The position numbers and the translations under genes were made by a program. The notes under the pieces are model-generated. The model ran no database searches, was not told the DNA's origin, and worked only from the letters and a program-made list of their open reading frames with translations. A stretch of 64,000 nucleotides of DNA from Candidatus Peregrinibacteria bacterium RIFOXYA2_FULL_41_18 (GTDB lineage: Bacteria; Patescibacteriota; Gracilibacteria; UBA1369; UBA12470): the NCBI GenBank assembly GCA_001788795.1, contig MFXH01000004.1:6831-70830 (forward strand). Reading direction: 5' to 3'. Shown one piece after another: positions 25,989 through 35,453 of this stretch (positions within the stretch are counted from its first letter, which is position 1; each line of letters opens with the position of its first letter).

Positions 25989-27827
25989 TTATTGAACCGT
26001 TGTTCCACTGCCGGACTCTCCTTCCGCTATACCAACAAGATATTTTGCCGGCCATGCTTGGTAATGACTGAATATCGTCTCGGTTTCCTCGGTTCCATCA
26101 CTCCCAATTATAGTCCTGTACCAAGTCGCATCAAATCCGTTGTGAGCACTATCTTTTTTTTGAGTTTCCCCCGCCGCAAGCTCGGTAGTGTAAACAATTA
26201 TATCGGCAGGCGCACCGACTCTGTTTGAATAATAAGGGCCGTCCATAATCACAGTTCTGCCGTCATCCGTACCATAGAATTTGAAGTACGCGCTTGTGCC
26301 CTCCGAATAAGATTGGATCAAAATATAAGAGCCTGTATCGTTTGTGAATTTAAGGTCCGGAGCCGGCTGATAAATCGTAGCGTCCAACCCATAACCCGAT
26401 GGATATGCGTAATAAGAAACCGCATAAGAATGTTCCGTTCTGGCCACAACCGGTAATCCGCCATAAAGCACAGCTCTATACATAGTTGATGAAACTTGGC
26501 ACAATCCTCCGCCATACTCCGGCTTGGTTTCATTGTTTGTAATTACAAGCTCTTTATAATATCCGCTTGCCGCATCCACTGCGCCCAAGTTATCCAAGAA
26601 TGAGAATGTTTCCCCCGGCTCTACAAGCAGTCCGTTGAACTTGCTCAGTCCGACTCCGACGTTAAGGATTCTATTATAAGGCGAGCCTGTAAAATCCGTA
26701 TAGCCGACAGATATCAATTCTTTTATTCCAAGATCCGCAAGGTTCTGAGAGACATTCACCTCAGAGGACAGCGTTTTTACCGGCAGGTCTATTGCGTCAA
26801 CGCCACTTTCGAGCGACAGCTCGATCATGTCTTTCAGCACTTCCGTGTTCACCTCGATGCCGTCTTTTGCCGAACCTTCAAATGTTATCACCCCAGCATC
26901 ATCCATAGTTATAGAAACGTTTTCCGCAGGCGATTCCACTTCCGTGGCAATAAAATCTTGCACGTATTTGCCCAGCCCTCCTTCGTCTATAACCACGTCT
27001 ATCCCTGTTTCGACGAGTGAATTTTCTTTTGCATTTTCGTTTTGTTCGCCATCGCTCCATGTTATTCCAAAATCTTCGGCAAACGTGCTTTTTGTTCCAA
27101 AAGATAAAAGATATGAGTAATCGCTTGCCGAGAATATCCATTCGTCCGAATCGTAAGAAATTGTTATTTTTTTTGTTAGAATATTTCCTGCTTGATCCAT
27201 AAACGGCTCAATATCCGCGGATATTATCGCCGGCTCTATTTCAAATAAATTTATAGTTATAGAATCTTCCGAAAGGTCTTCGAATTTCTTATTCAAGTCC
27301 TGCTGAAAAGACTCCCTGTCCATCTTAATTCCTGACGATTCTGCGTTCAAAATAACCTCTTTCGAGACGGGATCGAGCGACAAATAAGCGTTCTGTGCAT
27401 CAAACTCGAGATTTAAAATTGATATAGTTGAAAATAATTTTTCTTCATCTATTACAACCGATGGGACGATCTCTTGCCCCGAAACAAACAGATAAACCCC
27501 TCTCAAAATTCCACTTAAGCTCCGCATTGTTGGCAAAGAGTTTTTCGTTTTTTCGTAATCGAAACCTATCCCCAAGTCCGCAGGTAAAAATTCCGCCACT
27601 TGGTCGCTCGCCAAAATTACAACTTTTTTCTCCAGAAATATCGATAACTCTGCTTCTATCTGGGTCATCGCGTCGTCTATGTTTTTCCCTCCGGCATCAA
27701 CACCTGCAATGTTAGCTCCCGCAAGAACTGTGCTTTCGTATTTCCGCATCAAAAAAAACATTCCGACAATTATCGTCGTTATGATTGCGATAGCGATTAT
27801 CAGAAGAATGTATGCTTTTTTTCTCAT
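25989..27827 (-). CDS. VanW/YoaR-family protein with N-terminal membrane anchor
   Basis: VanW core GGGLCQVSSTMYRAVLYGGLPVVARTEHSY, with an N-terminal TM segment. Confidence 0.8.
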   Translation of the reverse strand: MRKKAYILLIIAIAIITTIIVGMFFLMRKYESTVLAGANIAGVDAGGKNIDDAMTQIEAELSIFLEKKVVILASDQVAEFLPADLGIGFDYEKTKNSLPTMRSLSGILRGVYLFVSGQEIVPSVVIDEEKLFSTISILNLEFDAQNAYLSLDPVSKEVILNAESSGIKMDRESFQQDLNKKFEDLSEDSITINLFEIEPAIISADIEPFMDQAGNILTKKITISYDSDEWIFSASDYSYLLSFGTKSTFAEDFGITWSDGEQNENAKENSLVETGIDVVIDEGGLGKYVQDFIATEVESPAENVSITMDDAGVITFEGSAKDGIEVNTEVLKDMIELSLESGVDAIDLPVKTLSSEVNVSQNLADLGIKELISVGYTDFTGSPYNRILNVGVGLSKFNGLLVEPGETFSFLDNLGAVDAASGYYKELVITNNETKPEYGGGLCQVSSTMYRAVLYGGLPVVARTEHSYAVSYYAYPSGYGLDATIYQPAPDLKFTNDTGSYILIQSYSEGTSAYFKFYGTDDGRTVIMDGPYYSNRVGAPADIIVYTTELAAGETQKKDSAHNGFDATWYRTIIGSDGTEETETIFSHYQAWPAKYLVGIAEGESGSGTTVQ

Positions 27828-27850
27828 TTGTTATTATCGAGCGGTCTTTA

Positions 27851-28126
27851 TTATTTCTTTTTTGGATTCACCGCGTTTCTGATAAGTCTGAGTACTCCTA
27901 TTGCCGTTTCTTTTGCCAATTTTTTTGCCGTGCCTATTTCCGCCTCATGTTTATCAAGAAAAGATTTCGAAGCCGAAGCTATGTTTTTTCGGGTTTCTTT
28001 TCCGTCTTTTGGAGCAAGTGTCAGGCCTACGACTGAACCAATCGCGGTTCCTATAATCGCCCCGACAATCAGCTTGTCCATTTTTCCTATAACGCCATTA
28101 TTTTTTTCATCTTGCTGGTCTGCCAT
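27851..28126 (-). CDS. YtxH-like small membrane/stress protein
   Basis: GAIIGTAIGSVVGLTLAPKDGKETRKNI matches the YtxH pattern. Confidence 0.7.
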   Translation of the reverse strand: MADQQDEKNNGVIGKMDKLIVGAIIGTAIGSVVGLTLAPKDGKETRKNIASASKSFLDKHEAEIGTAKKLAKETAIGVLRLIRNAVNPKKK

Positions 28127-28138
28127 TTTTTATTGATT

Positions 28139-29671
28139 TTATTTAGCGTAATCAATTGCTTCAGTTCTTCTAATTACGTTCACTTTTATCTTGCCCGGAT
28201 ATGTTAAGTCTTCTTCTATCTTGTGAGCAGCTTTTTGAGCAATTTCTTTTATATTTTCATCGGTAACCCTTTCTTCATCGACTATAATCCTCAACTCTCT
28301 TCCTGCCGATATTGCAAAAGCTTTCTTGACTCCATCGAAGCCTTTTGCCGTCTCTTCGAGCTTCAAAATCCTATCAAGATAACTGGTAAGAGATTCTTGT
28401 CTTGCTCCGGGGCGACCTGCCGATATTGCGTCAGCCGCTTTCACCAGCATCGCTTCCGGCGTCCTTGCCGGTTCGGCATCGTGATGAGCGTAGGCTGCGT
28501 GAACTATATCTGCTTCGAATCCGTATTTTTCAAGAATTTCCTTGCTCAATTGGTCGTGACTGCCACCAACTTCATGATCTATGGCCTTGCCGATATCATG
28601 GAAAAACGCAGCTATCTTGGCCTTCTCCGGATTAATATTCAATTCGGAAGCAAGCATTGTCGCCATTGCAGCCATTTCTATCGAGTGCTGCAGTACGTTC
28701 TGACCGAAGCTTGTTCTGAACTTCAACCTTCCGACTATTTTCACTAAATCCGGATGAACTTTTATGGTTAGTTTTGCCGTTCTGATCGCTTCTTCGCCAA
28801 TTTTTTTCAAACTCTCGTCCATCTCTCTTTTTGCTGTCTCGATCGCTCTCTTGATCGTGTTTTGATCGAAGTCCTTCTTCTCTCTCTCGAGTTTTTCGAT
28901 CGCGTTTTTTGCGATATTTCTGTTTACCAAGTTCAATCCTCCTACATAAATCATATTAGGCTCCAGATTGAAAATGACGCTTATATCCCTGAACTGGCTT
29001 TCGAAAAATTCAATGTTTTTACCGCGCGCACCTATCAGCAAACCCTTAAATCTATCTTTTTTTATAGTCACTCCGGTTGAGTTTTTATCAACTGAACTTG
29101 GCGATGTGATTCTTTGGATTATTCCTTTCAGCATGTTTTTCGCAATACTTGTCGCATCTTCATTAGCACTTTCTTCGGTTTTTTGAATCAAGCTGGCTCG
29201 CTTAATATCAAACTCCTTGTCGAAATTTTCGATTATCACTTTTTTTGCCGAGTCCGAATCTAATCCTGTTTTTTTCTTCAAAAGCTCAACTATTTCTTTT
29301 TCGGCGTTTTCTATGCTCTCGCCCAATACGTCAGTTTCTTTCTTGGCTTGATTAATCGTCATTGTAATGGCTGCATTTCTTTGCTCTCTTTTTTCGAGGA
29401 TCTTACCCTTGAATTCCAACGTCTTTTTCAGTGTGTTCATTTGCTCTTCCATTCTTCTATTCTCTTCCTGAGCGGCTTCTTTTATCTCCTGAGCTCGCGA
29501 TGTCATTGTTTCGACAAGACTCTTGGCGTCCGCCATTGCTCGATCGAGTATTTCTTTTTTTGCCTTTTCCAAATCCTGCTTGTAATGCTTGTTCACCCTA
29601 ACAAGTGCGATGCTTAATCCCGCTCCGAGCAGCGCTCCGGTGATTACCAGTATTGCCCCTATATTTTCCAT
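28139..29671 (-). CDS. rny: ribonuclease Y
   Basis: An N-terminal TM segment, a long coiled coil, a KH domain (GLLIGARGKNI) and an HD domain (FFHDIGKAIDHE...). Confidence 0.92.
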   Translation of the reverse strand: MENIGAILVITGALLGAGLSIALVRVNKHYKQDLEKAKKEILDRAMADAKSLVETMTSRAQEIKEAAQEENRRMEEQMNTLKKTLEFKGKILEKREQRNAAITMTINQAKKETDVLGESIENAEKEIVELLKKKTGLDSDSAKKVIIENFDKEFDIKRASLIQKTEESANEDATSIAKNMLKGIIQRITSPSSVDKNSTGVTIKKDRFKGLLIGARGKNIEFFESQFRDISVIFNLEPNMIYVGGLNLVNRNIAKNAIEKLEREKKDFDQNTIKRAIETAKREMDESLKKIGEEAIRTAKLTIKVHPDLVKIVGRLKFRTSFGQNVLQHSIEMAAMATMLASELNINPEKAKIAAFFHDIGKAIDHEVGGSHDQLSKEILEKYGFEADIVHAAYAHHDAEPARTPEAMLVKAADAISAGRPGARQESLTSYLDRILKLEETAKGFDGVKKAFAISAGRELRIIVDEERVTDENIKEIAQKAAHKIEEDLTYPGKIKVNVIRRTEAIDYAK

Positions 29672-29683
29672 TGAGTCGATTGG

Positions 29684-30052
29684 TTATTTTTTCTTTAATT
29701 TATCCATGTGCTTCTTGAGCTGAGCTATCAGTCTGTCTGTTGTATCATCAAGTCCTTTTGTAATCGCATGCGCCGATTCATCTGCGATGATTGTTTCAGA
29801 AGGTATCGCTAGCTTCAAAACCACTTTGTATGCAGTATGTTTTTCGAATTTCTCAATTGAAGCTGTTAGAAGGACCGAGTCTTCAGAAAAATGTTTTACG
29901 AGTCTTGCTATTCTTGTCTCTTTTTTCAAGAGATAATCCGTGAACTGCTTTTTCTCCCAGTCTGTCAGATTTTTCGCGATAACATTTGTTGGAAGTGATT
30001 TTACCGGTTCTTTTTTTGCTTTTACCGTTTTTGTTTTTTTAATTTCAGCCAT
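29684..30052 (-). CDS. hpf: ribosome hibernation promoting factor / RaiA family
   Basis: S30EA-type pattern (KNLTDWEKKQFTDYLLKK ... DDTTDRLIAQLKKHMDKLKK). Confidence 0.75.
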   Translation of the reverse strand: MAEIKKTKTVKAKKEPVKSLPTNVIAKNLTDWEKKQFTDYLLKKETRIARLVKHFSEDSVLLTASIEKFEKHTAYKVVLKLAIPSETIIADESAHAITKGLDDTTDRLIAQLKKHMDKLKKK

Positions 30053-30131
30053 AGTTTTTAGTTAGTTGGTTTTATGCCTGTCTTTCTTCGCTTATAATAA
30101 GAGAGGTTCTTATTGTAGTAAAGAAGTTCGT

Positions 30132-31004
30132 ATGCAAAATTTCTCCGAAGTTCTCAGTGTCGCCATGTCGTCAGGCTTTGATCTTGGCGGCGTTGCCAAA
30201 CATGTTGTTGACAAATCCGAATGGGAATTTTTCAATAAATGGCTTGCCGACGGATGTGCGGCCGGCATGAAGGAGTGGATGGAACGAGGATCTTCCAAGC
30301 GTGCCGATCCGAGTTTAATTCTCGAAGATGTAAAAAGTGTTATTTGCCTCGCGGTAAATTATTATCCCGGCGATCACAAGTCCGATACCGGACTTGTCGC
30401 ACGTTACGCGTGGGGCGATAATTATCATGAAGTTATCGGAAGTATGTGCAAGAAAGTTTGCGATTTTCTGATTAAAAATTATGGAGACAGCCCAAAGTGC
30501 TATACCGATACCGGTGCGATATTGGAAAGATATTTTGCCGTTAAATCCGGTCTTGGATTTATAGGTAAAAACACCTGCCTTATCACCCCCGAATTCGGTT
30601 CTTGGGTTTTTCTCTCTGTAATTTTTTCCAAAATAGAATTCGAGCCGACTTCTCATGTTGCAACCGGTAAGTGCGGACCATGTGAAAGATGCATCAAGGC
30701 TTGCCCAACCGGTGCCTTAAGTGAAAAACGTGTCGACGCCAGAAAATGCATTTCTTATTTAACGATTGAAAAAAGAGGACCTTTCTCCGACGAAGAGCGC
30801 TCGATGGTCACCGGACAAAATTTCTGTTTCGGATGTGATATTTGTCAAAGCGTTTGCCCTCATAACGTTAGAGCAAAAAAAACTGGCAAATTTAATCCTC
30901 GAGTCGAAAGTTTATCGACCGGTCAGCTCGATACGCTGGATTTGAAAAAAAGTCCTCTTGGAAGGGCTAAGAGAGAAGGGCTTGAGAGGAATCTGGGGAA
31001 GTAG
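30132..31004 (+). CDS. queG: epoxyqueuosine reductase
   Basis: ARYAWGDNYHEV, GLGFIGKNTCLI and two ferredoxin motifs (CGPCERCIKACP, CFGCDICQSVCP). The start was set at ATG 30132. Confidence 0.88.
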   Translation: MQNFSEVLSVAMSSGFDLGGVAKHVVDKSEWEFFNKWLADGCAAGMKEWMERGSSKRADPSLILEDVKSVICLAVNYYPGDHKSDTGLVARYAWGDNYHEVIGSMCKKVCDFLIKNYGDSPKCYTDTGAILERYFAVKSGLGFIGKNTCLITPEFGSWVFLSVIFSKIEFEPTSHVATGKCGPCERCIKACPTGALSEKRVDARKCISYLTIEKRGPFSDEERSMVTGQNFCFGCDICQSVCPHNVRAKKTGKFNPRVESLSTGQLDTLDLKKSPLGRAKREGLERNLGK

Positions 31005-31044
31005 GGGAAGTTGAAGAAGTGACGTAGTGACGTAGTGACATAGT
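30994..31044 (+). repeat. family A composite repeat (3 x 9-mer + GACGTAGT x2 + GACATAGT)
   Basis: tggggaagt aggggaagt tgaagaagt gacgtagt gacgtagt gacatagt. The queG stop codon is the TAG inside the first units. Confidence 0.9.
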
Positions 31045-31136
31045 GGAGATGAGGATATGAGTGACCCCCATGTGTGCTCTATTGCCTTTATGATATGATA
31101 TCGTTAATATTCATAAGCTTTTTTAATTTTTCAAAA

Positions 31137-32288
31137 ATGAAAATCGGCATAGATGCAAGAATGTATGGTACCGGATTCACGGGAATAGGCCGATATGTAA
31201 ACGAGCTGATTACCAATCTTTTGGAAATCGATAATAAAAACGAATACGTGCTTTTCATGAATAGTCCGGAATACGAAGCTTTTGATATCCCATGGAAAAA
31301 CGCAAAAAAGGTGTTGGTAAATGCAAGGCATTATTCTTTTGCCGAACAATTCAGGTTTCTTAGCTTGTTGAAAAAAGAGAAATTGGACATTATGCATTTT
31401 ACGCATTTCAATGCTCCGATTTTTTACAAAGGCAAATCCATTGTAACGATTCACGACCTGACGCTCCATTTCTATCCCGGTAAAAAAATGACGGCTGCGC
31501 ATAGGCGCTTGGCTTATCAGCTCGTTATAAGGTCTGTCACCAGACATGCTAAAAAAATAGTTGCTGTTTCCGAAAATACGAAGAGTGATCTTGTTGAAAT
31601 TTTAAAAGTTCCTTCAGACAAGATTTCGGTCATTTACGAAGGTGTTGATAAGCATTTCAAGGAGATTGCCGACGAATCCGTAAAGAAGGAAGTTGCTAAA
31701 AAATATGGCGTGATTAAGCCGTTTTTGCTCTATACCGGAGTCTGGAGATCTCATAAGAATTTGGTGAATTTGATAAAAGCTTTTTCGTATTTGAAGAAAA
31801 ATAAAGACTTTGAAGGGCAGCTCGTTATTACCGGAAAAGAAGACCCTCTTTATGCGGAAATTCGGGCTACAATAAAAGACCTCGGTCTTGAAAGCGATAT
31901 AGTATTCCCCGGGATGGTTCCCGACGAGGATTTGCCGGCGCTTTATAACGCCGCAAAGGTTTACGTCTTCCCGTCTTTATATGAAGGCTTTGGATTACCA
32001 CCCCTAGAAGCAATGGCGTGCGGGACTCCGGTCGCAGCTTCAAAGGCTGCGTGCATTCCGGAAGTATGCGGACAAGATAATGCCGTGTTTTTTGATCCAT
32101 ACGACCCTGTTGATATAAGTGATGCTATTCTGAAGATATGGCTTAACGATGAGCTCAGGCAGAAACTTATAGCAAACGGCAAGGTTCGTGTTAAAGATTT
32201 CAGTTGGAAAAAAATGGCTAAAGAAATTTTGGAGAAGTATGAAGAGGTAGGTGGAAGGGATGAGGCAGAAGGCATGAGTAAAAAATAA
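31137..32288 (+). CDS. GT4-family (GT-B fold) glycosyltransferase
   Basis: MKIGIDAR...GIGRY N-terminus and the EGFGLPPLEAMACGTPV motif. The purine-rich 3' tail (gaggcagaaggcat) resembles family B. Confidence 0.85.
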   Translation: MKIGIDARMYGTGFTGIGRYVNELITNLLEIDNKNEYVLFMNSPEYEAFDIPWKNAKKVLVNARHYSFAEQFRFLSLLKKEKLDIMHFTHFNAPIFYKGKSIVTIHDLTLHFYPGKKMTAAHRRLAYQLVIRSVTRHAKKIVAVSENTKSDLVEILKVPSDKISVIYEGVDKHFKEIADESVKKEVAKKYGVIKPFLLYTGVWRSHKNLVNLIKAFSYLKKNKDFEGQLVITGKEDPLYAEIRATIKDLGLESDIVFPGMVPDEDLPALYNAAKVYVFPSLYEGFGLPPLEAMACGTPVAASKAACIPEVCGQDNAVFFDPYDPVDISDAILKIWLNDELRQKLIANGKVRVKDFSWKKMAKEILEKYEEVGGRDEAEGMSKK

Positions 32289-32290
32289 TT

Positions 32291-32599
32291 ATGAACTACG
32301 GTTTTTTACAATTGAAAGATCTTTTGCCCAAGGCTGTCGGTTCATACGGCATGACGCGAGAAGTTCGTGCCGCACTTGTTCGCGATCGCGCCAGAAAGGC
32401 CGTTCGTAATTTATGGGGAGACGATATCACGGAAATCAAGCCCATGTTTTTCAAAGATGGAATTCTTATGATTGAATGCAGCGATTCCGCTTGGGGACAA
32501 GAGGTCTTCATGAAAAAACAAAAGCTAATCGAGCTAATAGAGGAAAATGTCACGCTCAAGGGATCTGTGAAGGATGTGAAAACACGGATAAAAGGGTGA
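32291..32599 (+). CDS. DUF721 / DciA-like small protein
   Basis: A 102-aa protein with the pattern W...VG......T.P..FKDGIL.I...DS.W..E. typical of DUF721. Confidence 0.6.
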   Translation: MNYGFLQLKDLLPKAVGSYGMTREVRAALVRDRARKAVRNLWGDDITEIKPMFFKDGILMIECSDSAWGQEVFMKKQKLIELIEENVTLKGSVKDVKTRIKG

Positions 32600-32673
32600 T
32601 TTTTGCTTGACTTAAGCCCGCTTACGGCTAAACTATTTGAGCAATTTCGCAATTATTTTTTAATTTTATCTAA

Positions 32674-33024
32674 GTGTTAAGAATCAGACTCACCCGTATG
32701 GGTAAAAGAAATCGACCTCATTATAGAATCGTTGTTGCAGAACATTCTGCTCCTGTTAAGGGTAAAATTATTGAAGCTTTTGGATTCTACAATCCGTTAG
32801 TCGAACCTAAGTTGTTAGAAGTTAAACAAGATCGCTTGCAATATTGGATATCAAAAGGTGCAAAACCTAGCGATACCGCAGCTTCTCTCCTTAAACAACA
32901 CGGAATTCAAGGAATGGACGACTACATAGCTCCGAGAAACAAGAAAAAGAAAGGAAAAGGCGAAGAGGCACCTGCGGCGGCAGCTCCGGTAGCGGCACCT
33001 GTTGCTGAAGAGAAGAAGGCATAA
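32674..33024 (+). CDS. rpsP: ribosomal protein S16 (GTG start) with an Ala/Lys-rich tail
   Basis: MLRIRLTRMGKRNRPHYRIVV... Confidence 0.93.
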   Translation: MLRIRLTRMGKRNRPHYRIVVAEHSAPVKGKIIEAFGFYNPLVEPKLLEVKQDRLQYWISKGAKPSDTAASLLKQHGIQGMDDYIAPRNKKKKGKGEEAPAAAAPVAAPVAEEKKA

Positions 33025-33087
33025 TGTTTTAGGGCGCACGTTATTTTTATAGGCGAGACATATTTTCTCGATATGCTGTTTTGCCAT

Positions 33088-33107
33088 TTTTGCACAGGTT
33101 TTCCACA
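33088..33107 (+). promoter_or_regulatory. two adjacent DnaA-box-like 9-mers (TTTTGCACA gg TTTTCCACA)
   Basis: Both fit TTWTNCACA exactly. They lie about 10-30 bp upstream of a putative promoter (TTGCTG ... TGTATAAT) for the KH-domain gene. Confidence 0.4.
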
Positions 33108-33173
33108 GAAAAGTATTTGCTGAAGTCAAATATGGTGTATAATATAAAGTGATTATCCTTTAATATTCCGGAA

Positions 33174-33470
33174 ATGAATGCAACTACCACAAGCTACTCT
33201 GACGGACCTGACAAGGATTTTATCCTTTATTTCGTTAGTCAGGTCGTCGAAAATCCAGACGCTGTTTCCGTAGAACGTACTGTTGACGAACTCGGGGTTT
33301 TGATCACCCTGAAGGTGGGCAAGGATGACATGGGCAAGGTCATCGGAAAACATGGTCAAACTGCAAAGGCTCTTAGAACTCTTCTGAGAGTTATTGGCTC
33401 TAAGCACAATGCAAGAGTCAATCTGAAGATCGTTGAACCTGATGGAGCTGAGATTATGATTGAGGGGTAA
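33174..33470 (+). CDS. khpA: KH-domain RNA-binding protein (KhpA/YlqC-like)
   Basis: VGKDDMGKVIGKHGQTAKALRTLL is a GXXG KH motif. Conserved position after rpsP. Confidence 0.8.
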   Translation: MNATTTSYSDGPDKDFILYFVSQVVENPDAVSVERTVDELGVLITLKVGKDDMGKVIGKHGQTAKALRTLLRVIGSKHNARVNLKIVEPDGAEIMIEG

Positions 33471-33513
33471 GGGGAAGTATGAGAAGTTGGGGAAGTATGA
33501 GAAGTGACATAGT
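33462..33513 (+). repeat. family A composite repeat
   Basis: gaggggtaa ggggaagt atgagaagt tggggaagt atgagaagt gacatagt. It overlaps the stop codon of the KH gene. Confidence 0.9.
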
Positions 33514-33618
33514 AATGGAGCAATTGAAGAGAGTTTGTTTTTGCAAGGCGAAGATGTTGCCGTTTTTTTACTTGTCGTTTAAAATTGATTTTAGTTTTAA
33601 AATTTAACTTATTTATTT

Positions 33619-33972
33619 ATGGCTAGCGCGACAATAATGGATGCTGCACAAGATTATGATGTTGTTGAAATTATAAATCGCGGCATTGCTTATGCGATCA
33701 TTATCGCCGGCTTCTTGTCCATAGTGTTTATATTTTTCGGAGGTATATCTTTTATCCTATCCGGCGGACAGGAAGACAAAATCAAACAGGCGGTAAGCAC
33801 TATCCGCTATGCAATCATAGGCCTTGTCGTGACTATTTTATCTGTCGTAATTGTGAATTTTGTCGGTAAAGCGATGGGGCTTGATATCATCAAGTATATC
33901 AATCTTGGAGATATTATCGATACCGTCAGTAACATATCGCAAACCAGTTCGAGCGAGGACAGCTTGAATTAG
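33619..33972 (+). CDS. small two-TM protein resembling CPR-type T4SS (TrbC/VirB2-like) pilin
   Basis: Two hydrophobic helices flank the pattern FFGGISFILSGGQEDKIKQAVSTIRYAIIGLVV. Confidence 0.45.
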   Translation: MASATIMDAAQDYDVVEIINRGIAYAIIIAGFLSIVFIFFGGISFILSGGQEDKIKQAVSTIRYAIIGLVVTILSVVIVNFVGKAMGLDIIKYINLGDIIDTVSNISQTSSSEDSLN

Positions 33973-33973
33973 T

Positions 33974-34016
33974 AGAAGAAGTTGGAGAAGTTAAAGAAGT
34001 GACATAGTAACATAGC
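33974..34016 (+). repeat. family A composite repeat (A-rich variant)
   Basis: agaagaagt tggagaagt taaagaagt gacatagt aacatagc. It starts 2 nt after the upstream stop and ends 7 nt before the next ATG. Confidence 0.85.
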
Positions 34017-34023
34017 GAAGAGT

Positions 34024-34962
34024 ATGAGTAAGAAATTTGTAATTATTGACGGGAACGCTTTAATCCATAGAGGGTTTCATGCGATTCGACCGCTTTTTAC
34101 GAAATCCGGAGAGATGACAAACGCAGTTTACGGATTCACGACCGTTCTTCTTGGCGTGCTTAAAAAAGAGAAGCCGGATTATATTGCTGTCACTTTTGAT
34201 AAAAAAGGCCCCACCCATAGACATGTTGCGTTTAAAGATTATAAAGCAACTAGAGTAAAAGCTCCTGACGAACTCTATAGTCAAATTCCCAGAATAAAGT
34301 CTATCGTCGAGGCTCTAAATATGCCGATTTTCGAGCTTGATGGGTTTGAAGCTGATGACGTAATTGCCGCGCTTGTTCAGAAAACCAACGGCCTAGATTT
34401 GGATATAGTTATAGTAACCGGTGATAAGGATACCTTTCAGCTCGTATCCGATCGCGTAACCGTTGCAACTCCCATAAAAGGATATAACGAGGTTTTTTAT
34501 TACACTCCCGCGCTTGTGAAAGAAAAGCTTGGGGTTACACCCAGTCAAGTTGTGGATTACAAGGCTCTTTGCGGAGACCCGAGCGATAACATACCTGGGG
34601 TTCAAGGAGTAGGTCCAAAAACCTGCACCGAACTTCTTGGAACCTATAAAACCCTTGAGGGTATTTACGAACATCTTTCGGAAATATCCGGTAAGGTTAG
34701 GGATCGACTAGAGAAAAACCGCGACTCCGCTTTTTTGAGCAAAAGACTTGCCACGTTGGTACCTGACGTTGCTATAAATTTTGACCTAAGCAAGTGTCAG
34801 ACTGGGCGATTTTCAAATGAAAAAATTCTTGATATTTTTAACGAGCTTGAATTCACAAGCCTGTCTAAAAGAATTACCGAATTGGACAATCACTCCCCTC
34901 ATCCTTCGCAAACAAAACCCACGAAAGACGACTGCGATTCCCAAATGCGCTTGATTTTCTAG
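34024..34962 (+). CDS. stand-alone 5'-3' exonuclease (Pol I N-terminal/FEN-like domain)
   Basis: IIDGNALIHRGFHA, VTGDKDTFQLV, and H3TH motif GDPSDNIPGVQGVGPKT. No polymerase domain follows. Confidence 0.88.
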   Translation: MSKKFVIIDGNALIHRGFHAIRPLFTKSGEMTNAVYGFTTVLLGVLKKEKPDYIAVTFDKKGPTHRHVAFKDYKATRVKAPDELYSQIPRIKSIVEALNMPIFELDGFEADDVIAALVQKTNGLDLDIVIVTGDKDTFQLVSDRVTVATPIKGYNEVFYYTPALVKEKLGVTPSQVVDYKALCGDPSDNIPGVQGVGPKTCTELLGTYKTLEGIYEHLSEISGKVRDRLEKNRDSAFLSKRLATLVPDVAINFDLSKCQTGRFSNEKILDIFNELEFTSLSKRITELDNHSPHPSQTKPTKDDCDSQMRLIF

Positions 34963-35154
34963 TGATTTTATTTCTAAGTAATATTTCCCCCGTTGGAATT
35001 CCCGTTTTCAGGCTTGCCCAAGCCCTGAAATCGGCTTTTGCACAGCCGGTGCACTTTTACACAAGCTTTACGTATTTTCAACTTCCGGCATTACCACGTC
35101 GACCTTTTTAAATTCGCGCATTTCGGCTTGTACGCGCCCTGCGTTCCGACACGT

Positions 35155-35201
35155 GTATAAAAAAATTATACTCATCTTTTGCCCGTATAAAAAATTTATA
35201 C
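35155..35201 (+). promoter_or_regulatory. two 17-bp A/T palindromes (GTATAAAAAAATTATAC and GTATAAAAAATTTATAC) 30 bp apart
   Basis: Read directly at 35155-35171 and 35185-35201, inside a 490-bp ORF-free region upstream of ftsA. Confidence 0.45.
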
Positions 35202-35453
35202 TCCAATGCCCGAATTTCGGCTGCTTCTTTTTGGTCTTTTTTGGCTTTTAACAGCCTTTTTAAGCCACTTCGTTTGTTGCGCTTTTTACCGCCTTATATG
35301 ATTCAAACCCTGTGTAAAAAAATTGTACAGTTGGCTTGCGTAAGCCAATCCCTAACAGAAAGACCTGTTTATACCCTTGCGGTTGGTTTTGATTTTTTAT
35401 TATATTCCTTCTAGACTACCAATACCCTTTTTCGATTTAACTAAAAACAAAAT

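Noticed and set aside
34963-35453. RNase P RNA, SRP RNA or 6S RNA in the large ORF-free region
   Set aside because: I could not find the universally conserved segments (for example GGAAAGUCCGG and ACAGAAA...CCGCC for RNase P, or the GGAA/AGCA domain IV loop for SRP) on either strand. It is kept only as an unclassified non-coding region.
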